Shown here piece after piece: positions 27,501 through 38,221 of a stretch of 64,000 bases of DNA (positions are counted from its first letter, which is position 1; each line of letters opens with the position of its first letter). The notes below the pieces were generated by a model, which was given only the letters and a program-made list of their open reading frames with translations, was not told the origin of the DNA and made no database searches. The stretch is from Hydrolagus affinis. Taxonomy: Eukaryota. The position numbers and the translations under genes were made by a program. The DNA is taken from the NCBI GenBank assembly GCA_012026655.1, contig JAAILG010000235.1:1-64000 (forward strand), read 5' to 3'.

Positions 27501-30500
27501 CGTAGAATGCCAACAGAACAGACGCTCGTTCAGGTGCTGACATGTATGAAAACAATGTTGTACTTCGGCTTTCAGTAGTTCAATGGCACAAAAAGAACCA
27601 CACACAGTGTGTATTTAATAGTAAAAATAATAATCCTTGCATTTAGTATAGCACCTTACCATGTCTTTAAGACCTCTCAAAACATTTCTCAGATTATACG
27701 GTAAAGTGAATTGACTATAGATTTGTGACCAATATACAACAACAACAAAAATTACGCTGTATAGCACCTTTCATGTCGGGAGGATGTCCCAAGGCTCTGA
27801 CAAATGTGTTGAAAAACACAGCAGCCAAATGCACAGAGCAGCGTCCCCCCCAAAAAAAATCACGGATTAAGTGACCACATTTTTTTTAAAAAAGGGATTA
27901 TTATCCTGGAAGAGCAATCTGGCAGTCAACTAACAACTGCGTTCCTATTTATTGCTAGATAAAGAGATTTATTGCTAGGTAGAATCAGGTAATGAGCCTA
28001 AAATTTCGCCTGGGAATCCTCTGTCTCGTGAGGCGAGTGCTCCAACCAATACACGACCGGAACTCCACGAGTATTTCAGAATACAGCAGATAAATCCGGC
28101 TCAATTCAATGACCTCTTATATCTCCTTTGTGATAAATTTGTGCTAAATCACAAGGAATTACTGCGAGCCTTGCACGTAGCTGGCGAGTAGAATCCATCA
28201 TATCTGAGATTCGCAATCAATTTATATTGTTTCCGTCGCTGATCTGCAGCAACATCAAGCTTTATGCACGAGATTTGCACAATTTGTTTAAAAAAGCAAA
28301 CTTGTCCCGACACAAGGTTGTTCGATGAATTTTCTCACGTCCCCTATTGGAGGCATTCAACTCTCTGATGTCCAAGCTTCTAACCGCTTAACTGTAATAA
28401 CATCACCATTTCCTCTGCAGACACAAGCTGGGACCTCTGCAGGTCGAAAGTTGAAGCGGTTCAAAGAACAACATCCAAGAGTTACCACATCCACTCGTCA
28501 CGACTGGGCGGGAGGGCACCACGCAACAACAACAACAACATATTCATATAGCGCCCCCGCACGCCTTAACCCGGCATTCGTTAGAAGAGCCAGAAGCTGG
28601 GGCCCACTGTGCTTTGTATGGGACACTTAAAGCACCGTTATGTGATCTTCAATATCTGCCTGTTCATCTCTGGCAAGCACATAATTATTAAGTCGTTCCC
28701 ATTATAAAATCACCATGCGCCTATCACCGAGTGTGTGCGCGGAATCCATTTGGCAATGCCTCGTTCCCCAGAGCTGATGTCATTTTTCCGTCCCTCCTCC
28801 TTCACCATTTCCAGTCTAGTAACAGCAGCTTTGCGTTCAGTGATAAGAGGGTGTCAAATTGAACCATCAAGCTCCAGTAAACAGGGTCTATTGAATGTCA
28901 ATGCCAAGTGGTTATGCGGAAGAAAAAACTACTCATGGATTTCAACTGTTTTATACAGACCCTAATCCTCACTAATCACAAAGGGTCACGGCAACTGGTT
29001 AACTACATGCAAATTAAACTCTTACGATTGCTTTTGCTGAAAGTAATTTCACTTGCTAATCCCCAAACGGATCAGTTACAGCACCCCGTGGTACTGCCTT
29101 AAATGTCTGTCAAGTTGCTGAGGAAGAGACAACAGCTGTAGGGACACAGCTGCTGAAAGGCGTTACCTGGGCTCGGGGACACAGGCGTATATCCAGGATT
29201 TATGTCTACCTCAATTCTTGTGCAGAGACAGAAGCAACTACTGTATTGTAGGAGATCCAAACTTTCAACTGGTAGAATCACCACTCATTGGGTTGGGTTG
29301 GGAGAGTCAGACAAATGGGTTGGGTTGAATCACCTAGTCCTTGCTGGATTTCCAGATTTTTTAATCCATTTTTTTAATGTAAAAAGTTCATTATAATGTC
29401 TTAATTTTACTGCAAATAAACGACAGAAAACAACTGATAGAGAAAAATGCAAACAGGAACAAATGGTACTGGAATACAGAGACACATTTACTGTGGGTTA
29501 AAATGGTTTGAAAAAATCATAGATCAGAAATAATATTTTTAATCTGTAAAAGGGCCATCAGATTCACTTATAGTCAAATCAAGGCACCAACCCTCGAAGG
29601 GGAAAATTCCTGCGTGTTTCTTTGTCACACACACAGCAAATTCATGTTGTAAATGCAATGGTTCCTTTCATGAATACAACATGATGTTGCCAATGCCTTC
29701 ATTCTGTGCATTTAAGGAGCTTTTTAATATCATAAAAAAAACTGTCCAATTAATCTCCAGGTATCGTGGAGGCCTTCACAATTTCCCCACAGACATAATT
29801 ACAGTACATTTACGATCTGAAGAGAAACCAGTGTATAATCTCTTTAGTTCCCAGATTTATGCTGGATGTTATGTACAATCATCAATGCTTCTGTTCTATT
29901 ATGAAGGAGGAAGTATAAGCAAAATGCAGCAATAGCGAAAAACTTTTTTTTAAAAGTACATTGTTCCACATTTTGTTGTTTCTAAATCAAAACAATTTTC
30001 CTTTGCCCACAAATGTACAGTCAATTCACTTCACAGTATACTCTGTGAAGCGCTCTGAGACGTCTAGAAGACTTGAAATGCGCTATCTCAAATGCAAGGA
30101 TTATTATTATCTACAGTATTATGAACAAGTTGTCTTTTGGCTTTATCAGGCAAAAGTAGTACTGCCGCTAGTGCCATTTGTGTGTAACATTCCCTTGGTA
30201 AATGGAACCTTCTGGACAAAATTATTATTTGTCATTTTGCTTTTAAAACGCAGTTGCTATTTTTCCCAGGACTTTACACCACCACAAAAATCTGAGCAAT
30301 GTTCTGCTTTTCCAGGTCAGATGCTCCGACTTGGAGATGACTTTGATGCAGATGCAATGCCCCCAAATGAAAATGAAATGTGTTTTTAGTATAATTTAAA
30401 CAGCTCATCCTATTCTGTCCCGTCTTGAATGCAGCCAATTTCTACCCCATCACAGCTTCAGCTAAATCTTATCCTACTCACACAGCCCACTCATTATTTT

Positions 30501-33500
30501 GGATTGAATTGTAAAATGCTAACAAAAGCTGCAGCCAACACCAGCCCACACACTGCTGACAAATATAGAGACTTTAATCAATATTACCAACAAAAACAGT
30601 ATTTCAGTATACCCTCGATGTACCGAAAGTCATAGAGACTCAAGTTCTTTCACATCCCTTCTGCCTCTATTTCTTGATATTTCTGGCTTGCTCTGATGCA
30701 TGAGAATGCACTGTAGTTAAAGCAACTTGCAAAAACACTAAATATTGTAACAAGGCTTCTAGGTTCTGAAATTGCACTTGGTTTTAGCCTTAAGACTATC
30801 GCCTACAATTTCAGGGTGGTGAGGAACCTTGGTAAATTCTTACATTCAGTTTCAATTTGGATGTCGAGTGTCAAGAAAGTTGTTTTTTTCTACAAAAATT
30901 AAACATGAATTTGAACATTATCAACAAATGGAATTTATGATTAATTTTTAAAATGATTGTCTGCAGGCTACGACAGTGAAAAATGTCAGGCCAGCTGACG
31001 AGGTTCTATATTTTTCTGGTGTGAAGATACACCAATAAAATAACACAGCAAAATACTGTACTTACTGTACTTAGTACTACAGTACTAAGCTAGGATAACT
31101 CTGGTTGGTAAGCTGTGGATGGTCACTGTTATCAGTGTTATCAAATATTACCAATAACTGACACTGAGATGGGAAGAGGGCAGATGATAAGGATGCTCTG
31201 ATACAGGGATATGATAATAATAATCCTTGCATTTTACATAGCGTCTTATCACATCTTCGAGACGTCTCAAAGCGCTTCATGGAATACACTGTAAAGTAAA
31301 TTGACTGCACACGATGAAAGATTGAGCCGTCCAAAGCAATTGTACAAACAGCAACTGAAGAATGAGCTCATGAGATAAATGATCAACTGTGGCTAAGAGC
31401 TTGGGCAGGATGTTTGCTTGCGTTCTTCACCAACCAATGATGTGTGATTCAGAGAGACTCGAAGTGATGGCAAAATTATATATCATTTTAAAAACGTGGT
31501 GGGTGGAGGGGGGGGGGTGGAAGGAAGAAAAAAAAACAGGTACAACATCAAAGAAAGCACCTTTGATGGATAAAGCATTTTAAAGGATCCTAAATTATGT
31601 GTTGGGAAATAACACCCACTTGCAATTGCCTTGCAGAAAAACTTAACTGCTGACCTGGCTCTTGCAGCTCAAGTCACTGATGGGTTATCGATGTGGAGAC
31701 AATGGAAAATTACTGACAACTACCAAAAAGGAAGAGGAAGTATTTGTAAACAGCAAAATCTTTGTACACCGCCAGGAAAGGAAACGGTGCATCCCCCCAC
31801 ATAACAAATCCCAGCAGACTGGCGGAACTCTAGATTCTCTGGGAGAGAAAAAAAACAGAAGTGTGACAAATAAAAATACAGGAAACACAGACTGCTGCGG
31901 TAAAAAAGAGAGATAAGGGGTGCTCAAATAAAGCCCAAAGCTGTAGAGGAAATGAGACAGACTGCAGTAAAACCAACAGCTAACATATTTAGAGTCAAAG
32001 GCTGGCTTCTGGCCTACAGCAGTTCAATTAAAAAGAAACACAGAAGTAAATAATTGTAGGATTCCACAGAGGAGAGAGTGCGCTTGCTCCCTGTCCTCAT
32101 TACCAGGCTCTCAGTCAGAATGTTATCTTTCTTCGGACCTACTGAACCTTGACTTCCAATTCTTTTTTTAATGCTGCATTTCCTGCTGTTTTGGAATACT
32201 CAATTCGTAAAGTGAAAACAAACTATGATGTTTGCCTTGTGAACAAACTGTGGTTTGCGGGCGGACAGAAGGTGGGTAGGGTGGGGGGGGAGGTGGTGAG
32301 GGGAGGGGGAATTACTGCAAATGCCTGTTGCTATGCTCTGTGTGTGTGTGTGTGTGTGAATGTTTTTATTTCTATGCCCCGCCATCTGCTCTACCACATC
32401 TCTTTAGTGGCTCGCTGCTAAATGGAAGAGTGAGGACACAGTTTACATAAATGCTGCAGATGTAATTTAAAGTGATTCGTGCAAAGCACCCAGCACAACA
32501 CAGAATACTCCTTCCCCCCTTCCATTTCACCCTTACCCCCCACCACCACACCCCTCCCCAATGTATGTATTTCATAAAAGTGTTGCCTTTTTTTTAAAAA
32601 AAGAGTCTTCTTCTGGATCCTTTCTTTGTTGTCAGCCAGATGATTGGCACATGTAGAAGTTCACTGCCACGCTTAAGAGCATCCAAACCAGACTGAGATT
32701 CCCACGTACTCACGGGCAGCCTCCCCACACCTCCCCACCACCTTTCCTGTATCTGAAATAGAATATGAACTCTTCTCCTGAGAGGAGACACACCCTCTTT
32801 ACCTAATCCCAGAAAATATTTAGATGCAGTTTTGGGAAGAGTCAAGGCATGGAGATCCCAAAGTGTGTGTGTATGAGTGCTTGGGATAATGTTGAGGTTT
32901 AGATCCCAAACTTGACAACACTGTTGCTTATGTTCGGAGTGTTGTGTGTGAGCCTAGTTGTGAATGTCGGTAGGTTGTTTTTCACAGGACTGAGGCATTA
33001 TAGCTGCGTGCTTGCACAATGTCCATGCATGGCACCCTGTTGATAATGACCAAGAGAGGAAACCTTCATTTATTTCTTCTCACTAGCCCAGCAACACCGA
33101 GGCTAACTGTGTGCCACATACTGCTTTGGGAGGGAGGGAGGGAGGTGCAATTGAAGGAGAAAACAATGGCTTGAAAAAAAGGAAATGGTTAGTATCACCA
33201 TGGTATTTTCTGAACTTCAGATGAGATTACTGCCTTGCAATCTATACAAATCAAAAGCCAGATACACGATCAGAATATGATCTCATCAGATGGGTTAACA
33301 GCCATGTCATCTTGAAGTGCCCAGCTAAAAGGATTCATTTTGATCTGTGTGTGTCAATAGAAGATATGTTCAGGCCTAACTGCTTTATTACAACAAAAAG
33401 GGTAGAGTAAAGGCTTGGAAATTAAAGAACAATTTAATCAAAGTACGGATACATGTACATACGTACATACAGCACCACATTACCCTCAAATACAGCAAAG

Positions 33501-36500
33501 AAACTGTGGTACTCTGATGTCAACCAGGGTTATTAGCTAAGAAAACATCGCCTGCAAAAGATTTCTGAGCCTCTGATGCAGATCCTCTTTGTGCTCGCTA
33601 CGAAAAAATAACAATTTTATCTTGCAGTTTGTACAAACAAAGAACCAAGATCCAATCGAGCATTCCTGACGACCTCCAACCCAGCTAAAGGAGGAGCCTT
33701 CTCGGTAAAGTCAAGGTCACTGTCTACAGGGGAAATAAAAAGCCACTTGTCTGGGAAAGATTACGAGCCAAAAAGCAATCACTAGCTGGCAGTAGCTCAA
33801 TATTGAGAGGACTGTTGTCCTGGTGGCAATTTGTCACTTGGTCTTTGAGTGTGATGGTAAGGCTACAAATAAATTAATGAGTTGACATGCTGCGTATCAT
33901 CCTATTTATCTGCCTTTTTGACCGTAATTTTGTAAGTCAAAGAACGATGATCAACTGATGAATTAAAAAGGACATCTTGTCTCCTATACATTCAATTAGA
34001 AACAAAAATATATGTGTATTCAAATGGTCAGCGTGAGCTGTTGCACTCTTCTCCCTCCCCCATCACAAAAGTAGATTATTCAACGTTAATAGACTGGCAA
34101 AGCCGTTTCTCACCTCTGTAAACTCTTGTCCATCTATGCTTTTTGATGTTGTATCGGTTTCCTCCATTTCCTTTGCAAATTCTATACCTACATAAAACAT
34201 CCAAATCAACACAGAGACAGGACAGGCTGACACACTGCTCTCAGAATAGAAATGTGACGCAACCTGTTTTAATAAAACACTAAACAAAAAGTTACACATC
34301 TACATGTGTACTCACAATAAAACAAGTTAATGTGCCTATAAATTCTGTGGAGCCTAGGGATACAATTGTTTGATTCTGGGCATGGCTTTGTGACCACAAC
34401 AGACTATTTTGACAGTATTTTAATTCCCGTAAAGTGCCTCGAGAAGTTTCAACGTGATTAGACACTGTTCCTCCGTCCTTCTTTTCAAACGGATGTGCCG
34501 GAATGTATTTCTGGCTCACGACAGTGAGGAAACAAATCTAAAGCCAAAACCATACTGTACCATCCAAGTCAAACAGGTGAAAAGAACAATCTTCGAATAA
34601 GCAAGTGGAAGGCAAAGTGCCACTTTAAACAGGATACGAGTAGCAATTTGTTTCATGCTGAGAGCAGACATTTTTGCAATGTAGCATTTGTATCAAATTT
34701 ATATCGACCGCCTCTGGACTGATATGAACACGGACAATACATTTTTTTCTCCCCTATACATATATATATATATACACACAATGTCAATCATTTTTTCTGT
34801 CACATTACCCCCAAAGAAATCTCACCCCCTCCATTATTATTATTATTAATAATGGTGCCATTATCATTTCTGAGGCTCAATTTATAATTATGCTAAAATG
34901 AGGGAGATGTATAAATCAAGCTTCCATTTCTACATCTCCCCAGCTGGAAGAGAAGCAGCTTTAACCCAAGCACTTTTATTTCACTCCAAAGCAAATTAAA
35001 ACATCAATTTGTAAAATATGGGGAAAGGGGGCAGGGGGAGAATTTGATACTTTGGTGGTTCAATATCGCTCTATCTAAAACTTACACTCATGTTTGAAGT
35101 GGTTTCTGTCCTACTTCATACAAAACTCTTATGGCTAATCCCTTGAGGTCTAGACATTTCATTTCCATGCCAAACTGGGAAGAGTATTGAAATGGATTAA
35201 GACAGTTTGACATTTTTATCCACTTAGTCTTCCTGACCTTACCTTGGAAGGACTCAGCAAGATGATCCAAAAAGGATGTTAGAAAATTTTGAACCTAAAG
35301 AGAAAATAAAGCTGTCAGAAATCATTTGTGAGATTCACATTTCTCACCTTTCCCACAACCCAAAGCCCTGGGGGTAAATAAAGGGAGATTTCTTTTTTTT
35401 TTAGGTCCATTTTCTATAAAATGATGCCCAACTACAATAACAAGTTACATTTATATACATACAGTTGTGTCTTTCACGTTGGGAGGATATCCCAAGATAC
35501 TGGAAAGTCAAGCATTTGCACTGAAGCTGAGGGTTGGAGGCTAATAGGGACTGGGGGGTGGGGGGGGTGCTGAAAGATAACCAAAGGCATGGTCAAGGAG
35601 GAAGTTGTATTAACACAGGAAGATAGTTAGTCAGTCAGTCACTCCGACAAGCCATTGCAGTATACAGTACCATGTGTCCAGGTTATGCCATGCTAAAACC
35701 AAGCTCATCCTATGTCTGGTACAGTATTAGCAAGCTAAAAGTGTTGCTTTCAAATGAAGACCGAATTTAAGAATTATACACAATTTTACATTTGAAGAAA
35801 ATAATCTGAAAGCTAAGAGTATAAAAAAATTGCTGGACCTCTGGGATCAAGCAAATTTCTACTAATCAATGGAATTTTACCACAGCAAGCTTTAAGGTTC
35901 CACCGAGGCTCAGAATGCACTCTTCATACTTTGCCAGCAAAAATTCTTTTATCCTTTTTTCATTTGACAAGCATTTTTTCTCCTCCTGAATCCTCATCTG
36001 GTTTCTCTCCTTTGTTTCTATTTTCAGCTTGGCAAGTCTGCGATGGAAACAAATCATCATTAACACTACCAGTTTCTGAGTGATTTCATTCAAACTAAAG
36101 CAATAAATTCATGATTACAATTTCAGTAGGATAACATTCTCCTCAATAAGCCATGTGCTTTTGACTCTATTACATCCCATATTATAAATCTTTTTTCTAT
36201 CGTAATTTGGATGTACAACAAGAACAACAATAAAATTACACTTATAGAGCACGTTTCACGTCAGGAGGACGTCCCAAGGTGCTGAATGAGACCTCTTCTG
36301 GGAGCTGAATAGATGATGTATAATCACCTACTCAGGTCCCAGATAAAATCCATTCCCCGAAGCAAATTATATTTTAACCTAAGGCCAAAACTACATGGCA
36401 ACAAGTTGCTGATAGTATGGTATTTGTCTTCTAACAATGACATTTCCAAAAAATGTTTCATTCCAATCCTGTAACATTGTATAGTAATTTAATCGATTCC

Positions 36501-37463
36501 AGCATGTAAAGGATTTACAAATACATTTTTTGGCTATGAGAGGCTGAGTAAATATAGACTGTATACTCCCAATACAATAACAATTTTCATGAGCGCCGCT
36601 CATGTCGGGAAATCGTCCAAAGATGGGTGTTGGGTTAAGAAGAGGCCTAGTTTCCACTGTGATGCTAACTATGGTGAAACTGCCCACCAACAATCATTGT
36701 CCTCAAATGGATAGGTCTAATGGTCACTTTGTTAGCCTACCTCCCCCTCCCTCTCATTGTCAGACTCTGCCTCATTGTGAAGGGCGCTATATAAATGCAA
36801 GTCGAGGTTGATGTCAGCTGGATGTCAGCCAATTCCAGCGAAGCTGAACCCCAACACTCAGAACCTTTAGGGGGGGAGAAATTGGAATAACACTGACCTG
36901 TTATCCTTGATGTCGACAACATGATCTCTCAAGTCCTCCAGCACTTGTTTCAAGCCACGCATATAGGGAGATGTTTCCGGAAAGTTACAGTGATGAGGAT
37001 TATTCCTCATTAGTTGCCGTGCTAAGAAATTAATTGGGTTAAAGTATGGATGTGGCTTCTCCACCACTGTCAAATTATTTTGTCTAACTTCTATTAACAG
37101 CCTCTCCAGGCTTACAATCAGAGCAGGCAACAAGTTTTCCAATGCATACAGACGAGCGTGCACTGTCAATTTATTTTCATTGAACCAATCCCTTGTCAAC
37201 AAATCTATTGGGATTCTCTTCTCTATTATAGCCTTTTCTTCTTTGTAAAGGTGTGCAATGTATTTTTTCTTTGCCTGCAAATAATTGACCCGCCTTTGTA
37301 CTTTACGATTAAACTTTTTCTTCCAAAGCATTTGACTTGATGAGGTTAGGTTTTCACTTTCTAAATTGATATCTAGTCCGTCAAGTTCTGAAACTTGAAA
37401 AGAAGGTCTTCTACTTTCAGAGGATTCAGATGAAGAATCAAGTTTTTGTCGCCTCATAGACAT
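6362..37463 (-). CDS. EFCAB5: EF-hand calcium-binding domain-containing protein 5, spliced CDS, 19 coding exons, ~1183 aa
   Basis: Exon peptides match remembered vertebrate EFCAB5 motifs (FNPINFLARQLMRNNP, LRNPREWP, LDLDESGFID, ARRKWL, VDEGK, FGILAIDTIRDP, HEINFYQGV, RDYLFKC, WEKCK, FDPTA, LYNWVSIC). All junctions are GT-AG and phases chain to a multiple of 3. Head-to-head with SSH2, as in other vertebrates. Confidence 0.93.
6560..6872 (-). mobile_element. tRNA-derived SINE, near full length
   Basis: tRNA-like head, Deu-like core GTTTGTGGGACAC..GCTGTGCGCAATTGGCTGCC, L2-like tail plus (ATT)n. Confidence 0.85.
7590..7885. mobile_element. Nested SINE fragments: a minus-strand copy (~7641-7818) interrupting a plus-strand tail
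   Basis: The plus tail stops at gaagcgcttt (7640) and resumes cgctttgagat... at ~7825. Confidence 0.75.
8152..8248 (-). CDS. EFCAB5: EFCAB5 coding exon 18 (KLDDKFIEQIVKFDPTASN...EQLQ); not in the ORF track
   Basis: ctctctttgcag acceptor, A|gtaagt donor, phase 0->1; FDPTA motif. Confidence 0.88.
8332..8359. repeat. (CAAT)n microsatellite, tail of an L2-type fragment
   Basis: Read directly. Confidence 0.8.
8693..8913 (-). CDS. EFCAB5: EFCAB5 coding exon 17 (AEEKHVQ...RPPLAIQKIITAV...WEKCKQ)
   Basis: tttttag acceptor, CAG|gttaaa donor, phase 1->0. Confidence 0.88.
9245..10165 (-). mobile_element. Two L2 3' fragments (~9245-9490 and ~9733-10165)
   Basis: (AAC)n-aattac..agagcgcc..cgtcccaagg tails and purine-rich antisense ORF2 ends. 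Confidence 0.8.
10222..10475 (-). CDS. EFCAB5: EFCAB5 coding exon 16 (DYLFKC...IVVPLR...RVLVL)
   Basis: ccctacag acceptor, TAG|gtatcg donor, phase 2->1. Confidence 0.88.
10685..10746 (+). mobile_element. CR1-type 3' tail fragment
   Basis: gatcttatagaagggcggaacaggcttgagggaccgaatggcctcttcctgt. Confidence 0.65.
10981..11081 (-). CDS. EFCAB5: EFCAB5 coding exon 15 (EFILQKSMTADNVKG...RKDNLFR); not in the ORF track
   Basis: Manual translation; CAG|gttggt donor, phase 0->2. Confidence 0.82.
11449..11601 (-). CDS. EFCAB5: EFCAB5 coding exon 14 (GVTKAFSIAYHYV...DCVSPK)
   Basis: attcttcag acceptor, AAG|gtactc donor, phase 0->0. Confidence 0.88.
12244..12466 (-). CDS. EFCAB5: EFCAB5 coding exon 13 (FHAVDEGKTIYIPRIQ...HEINFYQ), GAF-like region
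   Basis: acccag acceptor, CAG|gtgagg donor, phase 2->0. Confidence 0.9.
13263..13435 (-). CDS. EFCAB5: EFCAB5 coding exon 12 (DVEGHGDNKKISS...YVACTVEDA...); not in the ORF track
   Basis: Manual translation resembles mammalian DAEAHGNKKISAH...VACTLDDA; AAG|gtgaga donor, phase 0->2. Confidence 0.88.
13974..14260 (-). CDS. EFCAB5: EFCAB5 coding exon 11 (AHIRLNM...ARRKWL...FECLYK)
   Basis: attttaacag acceptor, AAG|gtatga donor, phase 1->0. Confidence 0.9.
14664..14991 (+). mobile_element. tRNA-derived SINE, full length
   Basis: GGAGCTCCTGTAGCT..GGTTAGAGCACTCGCCTTACAAGCG head with A/B boxes, core, tail ...AAATGCAAGGATTATTATT. Confidence 0.88.
14995..15225 (-). mobile_element. Older Deu-domain SINE fragment (SacSINE1/AmnSINE1-like)
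   Basis: Minus strand ctaggctg..cagtgca..ggtgtcctttgaatgagatataaatggaggtccc..ctcaggt..aaagatcctgtagcactattgaa resembles the remembered Deu central domain. Confidence 0.65.
15226..15851 (+). mobile_element. L2-clade LINE 3' end (ORF2 C-terminus remnant, 3'UTR, (GTT)n tail)
   Basis: Encodes ETLVHAFVTSGLDYCNALL..KIQLIQNSAARILT..ITPVLARLHWLP..RVDFKIL, typical of the L2 RT C-terminus. Confidence 0.9.
16288..16598 (-). mobile_element. tRNA-derived SINE, near full length
   Basis: Reverse-complement match to 14664-14991. Confidence 0.88.
18275..18582 (-). mobile_element. tRNA-derived SINE, near full length
   Basis: Same family; head ends ...accactgagctacaggactcc on the + strand. Confidence 0.87.
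19089..19245 (-). CDS. EFCAB5: EFCAB5 coding exon 10 containing the EF-hand loop DLDESGFIDMPE
   Basis: tgtgttctcag acceptor, AAG|gtaggt donor, phase 0->1; canonical D-x-D-x-S-G-x-I-D-x-x-E loop. Confidence 0.9.
19407..19856 (+). mobile_element. tRNA-derived SINE (19407-19737) followed by a second tail fragment (~19765-19856)
   Basis: gagctcctgtggctcagtggttagagcac head, core, two tails. Confidence 0.87.
20255..21900. mobile_element. Cluster of 5'-truncated SINE copies in both orientations (~20255-20360 -, 20615-20810 +, 21182-21292 -, 21478-21635 +, 21850-21898 +)
   Basis: Shared tail GAAGCGCTTTGAGACGTC..GTGAAAAGCGCTATATCAAATGCAAGG. Similar fragments at ~28-192, 445-695, 3630, 5275-5580, 11838, 13780, 24080, 24855, 26910, 27625, 30003, 31213, 45830, 49765, 50138, 63520. 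Confidence 0.8.
21927..22141 (-). CDS. EFCAB5: EFCAB5 coding exon 9 (ELKPLMHAIQ...EERLARFTQ)
   Basis: tttgtacag acceptor, CAG|gtaaat donor, phase 1->0. Confidence 0.88.
22784..22834 (-). CDS. EFCAB5: EFCAB5 coding exon 8 (AMSPMVPEAILTPGNL), symmetric 51-nt exon
   Basis: gtgttatttcag acceptor, TAG|gtaatt donor, open frame, phase 1->1; no homology support. Confidence 0.6.
23045..23180 (+). mobile_element. Degenerate copy of the Penelope-like element
   Basis: ggtcttggacctgaaccgtgaactcactttcctctctccatagatgctgcc...tttcagatt...ctgcagta. Confidence 0.6.
23343..23690 (-). CDS. EFCAB5: EFCAB5 coding exon 7 (WPVLDLAEL..., acidic low-complexity); donor position uncertain (23343 or 23406)
   Basis: ttttcactag acceptor in phase 1; two candidate phase-1 GT donors. 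Confidence 0.75.
24545..24644 (-). CDS. EFCAB5: EFCAB5 coding exon 6 (GGALNRKMMLQLFENLYDNSSSKVKNQLRNPRE); not in the ORF track
   Basis: Manual translation; tttctctgtag acceptor, T|gtgagt donor; joins the next exon to give conserved NPREWP. Confidence 0.88.
26520..26675 (-). CDS. EFCAB5: EFCAB5 coding exon 5 (YLYGYMN...LFSSCDIGK)
   Basis: ttttcccctcag acceptor, AAG|gtcagt donor, phase 0->0. Confidence 0.88.
34114..34187 (-). CDS. EFCAB5: EFCAB5 coding exon 4 (IEFAKEMEETDTTSKSIDGQEFTE)
   Basis: ttttatgtag acceptor, GAG|gtgaga donor, phase 1->0. Confidence 0.85.
35243..35294 (-). CDS. EFCAB5: EFCAB5 coding exon 3 (VQNFLTSFLDHLAESFQ)
   Basis: ttttctctttag acceptor, AAG|gtaagg donor, phase 0->1. 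Confidence 0.85.
35881..36037 (-). CDS. EFCAB5: EFCAB5 coding exon 2 (LAKLKIETK...GTLKLAV)
   Basis: cgcag acceptor, GTG|gtaaaa donor, phase 2->0. Confidence 0.88.
36898..37463 (-). CDS. EFCAB5: EFCAB5 coding exon 1 (MSMRRQKL...VVDIKDNR); the exon starts at acceptor 37480 with 17 nt of 5'UTR
   Basis: Acceptor ttttatttcag, in-frame TAA just upstream of accATG, donor CAG|gtcagt (phase 2). Confidence 0.9.
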
Positions 37464-38221
37464 GGTTTACTTTTTACTTGCTGAAATAAAACATACAATA
37501 TTTTATATGTAATGGAAGGCATGGAATCATACAAAATTATGAATGTAAGTCTTATTTCCAAATGGCATCTCAATATCTCAACAACTCAGCAAACTCTTTT
37601 TAACATTAAACATCCATTCATGAAATAGCCCATAATATTCATCTCCCTGGGCTAACTCCACATTTGAATCATTTTATTTATACGCGAGGTAGTCAAACCC
37701 GTCTACTCATCTTCAAAACTCTTGGAAAGAAGTTGAGACTCTGATCCATTATTTTAAATCCCTTCACAATATTGTATAACAAAAGATATGACATGTTTTT
37801 GTGGTAAGATATCTCAAATGCTTCACAATAATTGCCATAGTGATTGTTTTTGGGAAAGCAAATGCGGGAGCTACTTTGCACACAGTATAGTCCCACAGTG
37901 ATTAAATCTGAAGGAACTGCCAGAACACCAGAGGAAACTCCCTTCTCTTTTAATATGAACTGAAGCAGACAAAATCTTGCGTTAACATCCAGTCCAAAAG
38001 ACGACACTACAACAATCAATGCCCACTGGATTGTTAACCTTGATAGTAAATACAAACTCCAAAGATAGTGGTTGAACCAACAATCTTCTAACCCACTCAG
38101 TTTGCTTCCAAGTTGAGCCAGACTGTAAATTTGTCTAGTGGTGCTCCTCACTTCAAGTTTGAATTTGACTTGAAATTTAACCGTACTGTGACCACTCTGA
38201 CATTGACAACCTACACATTGC

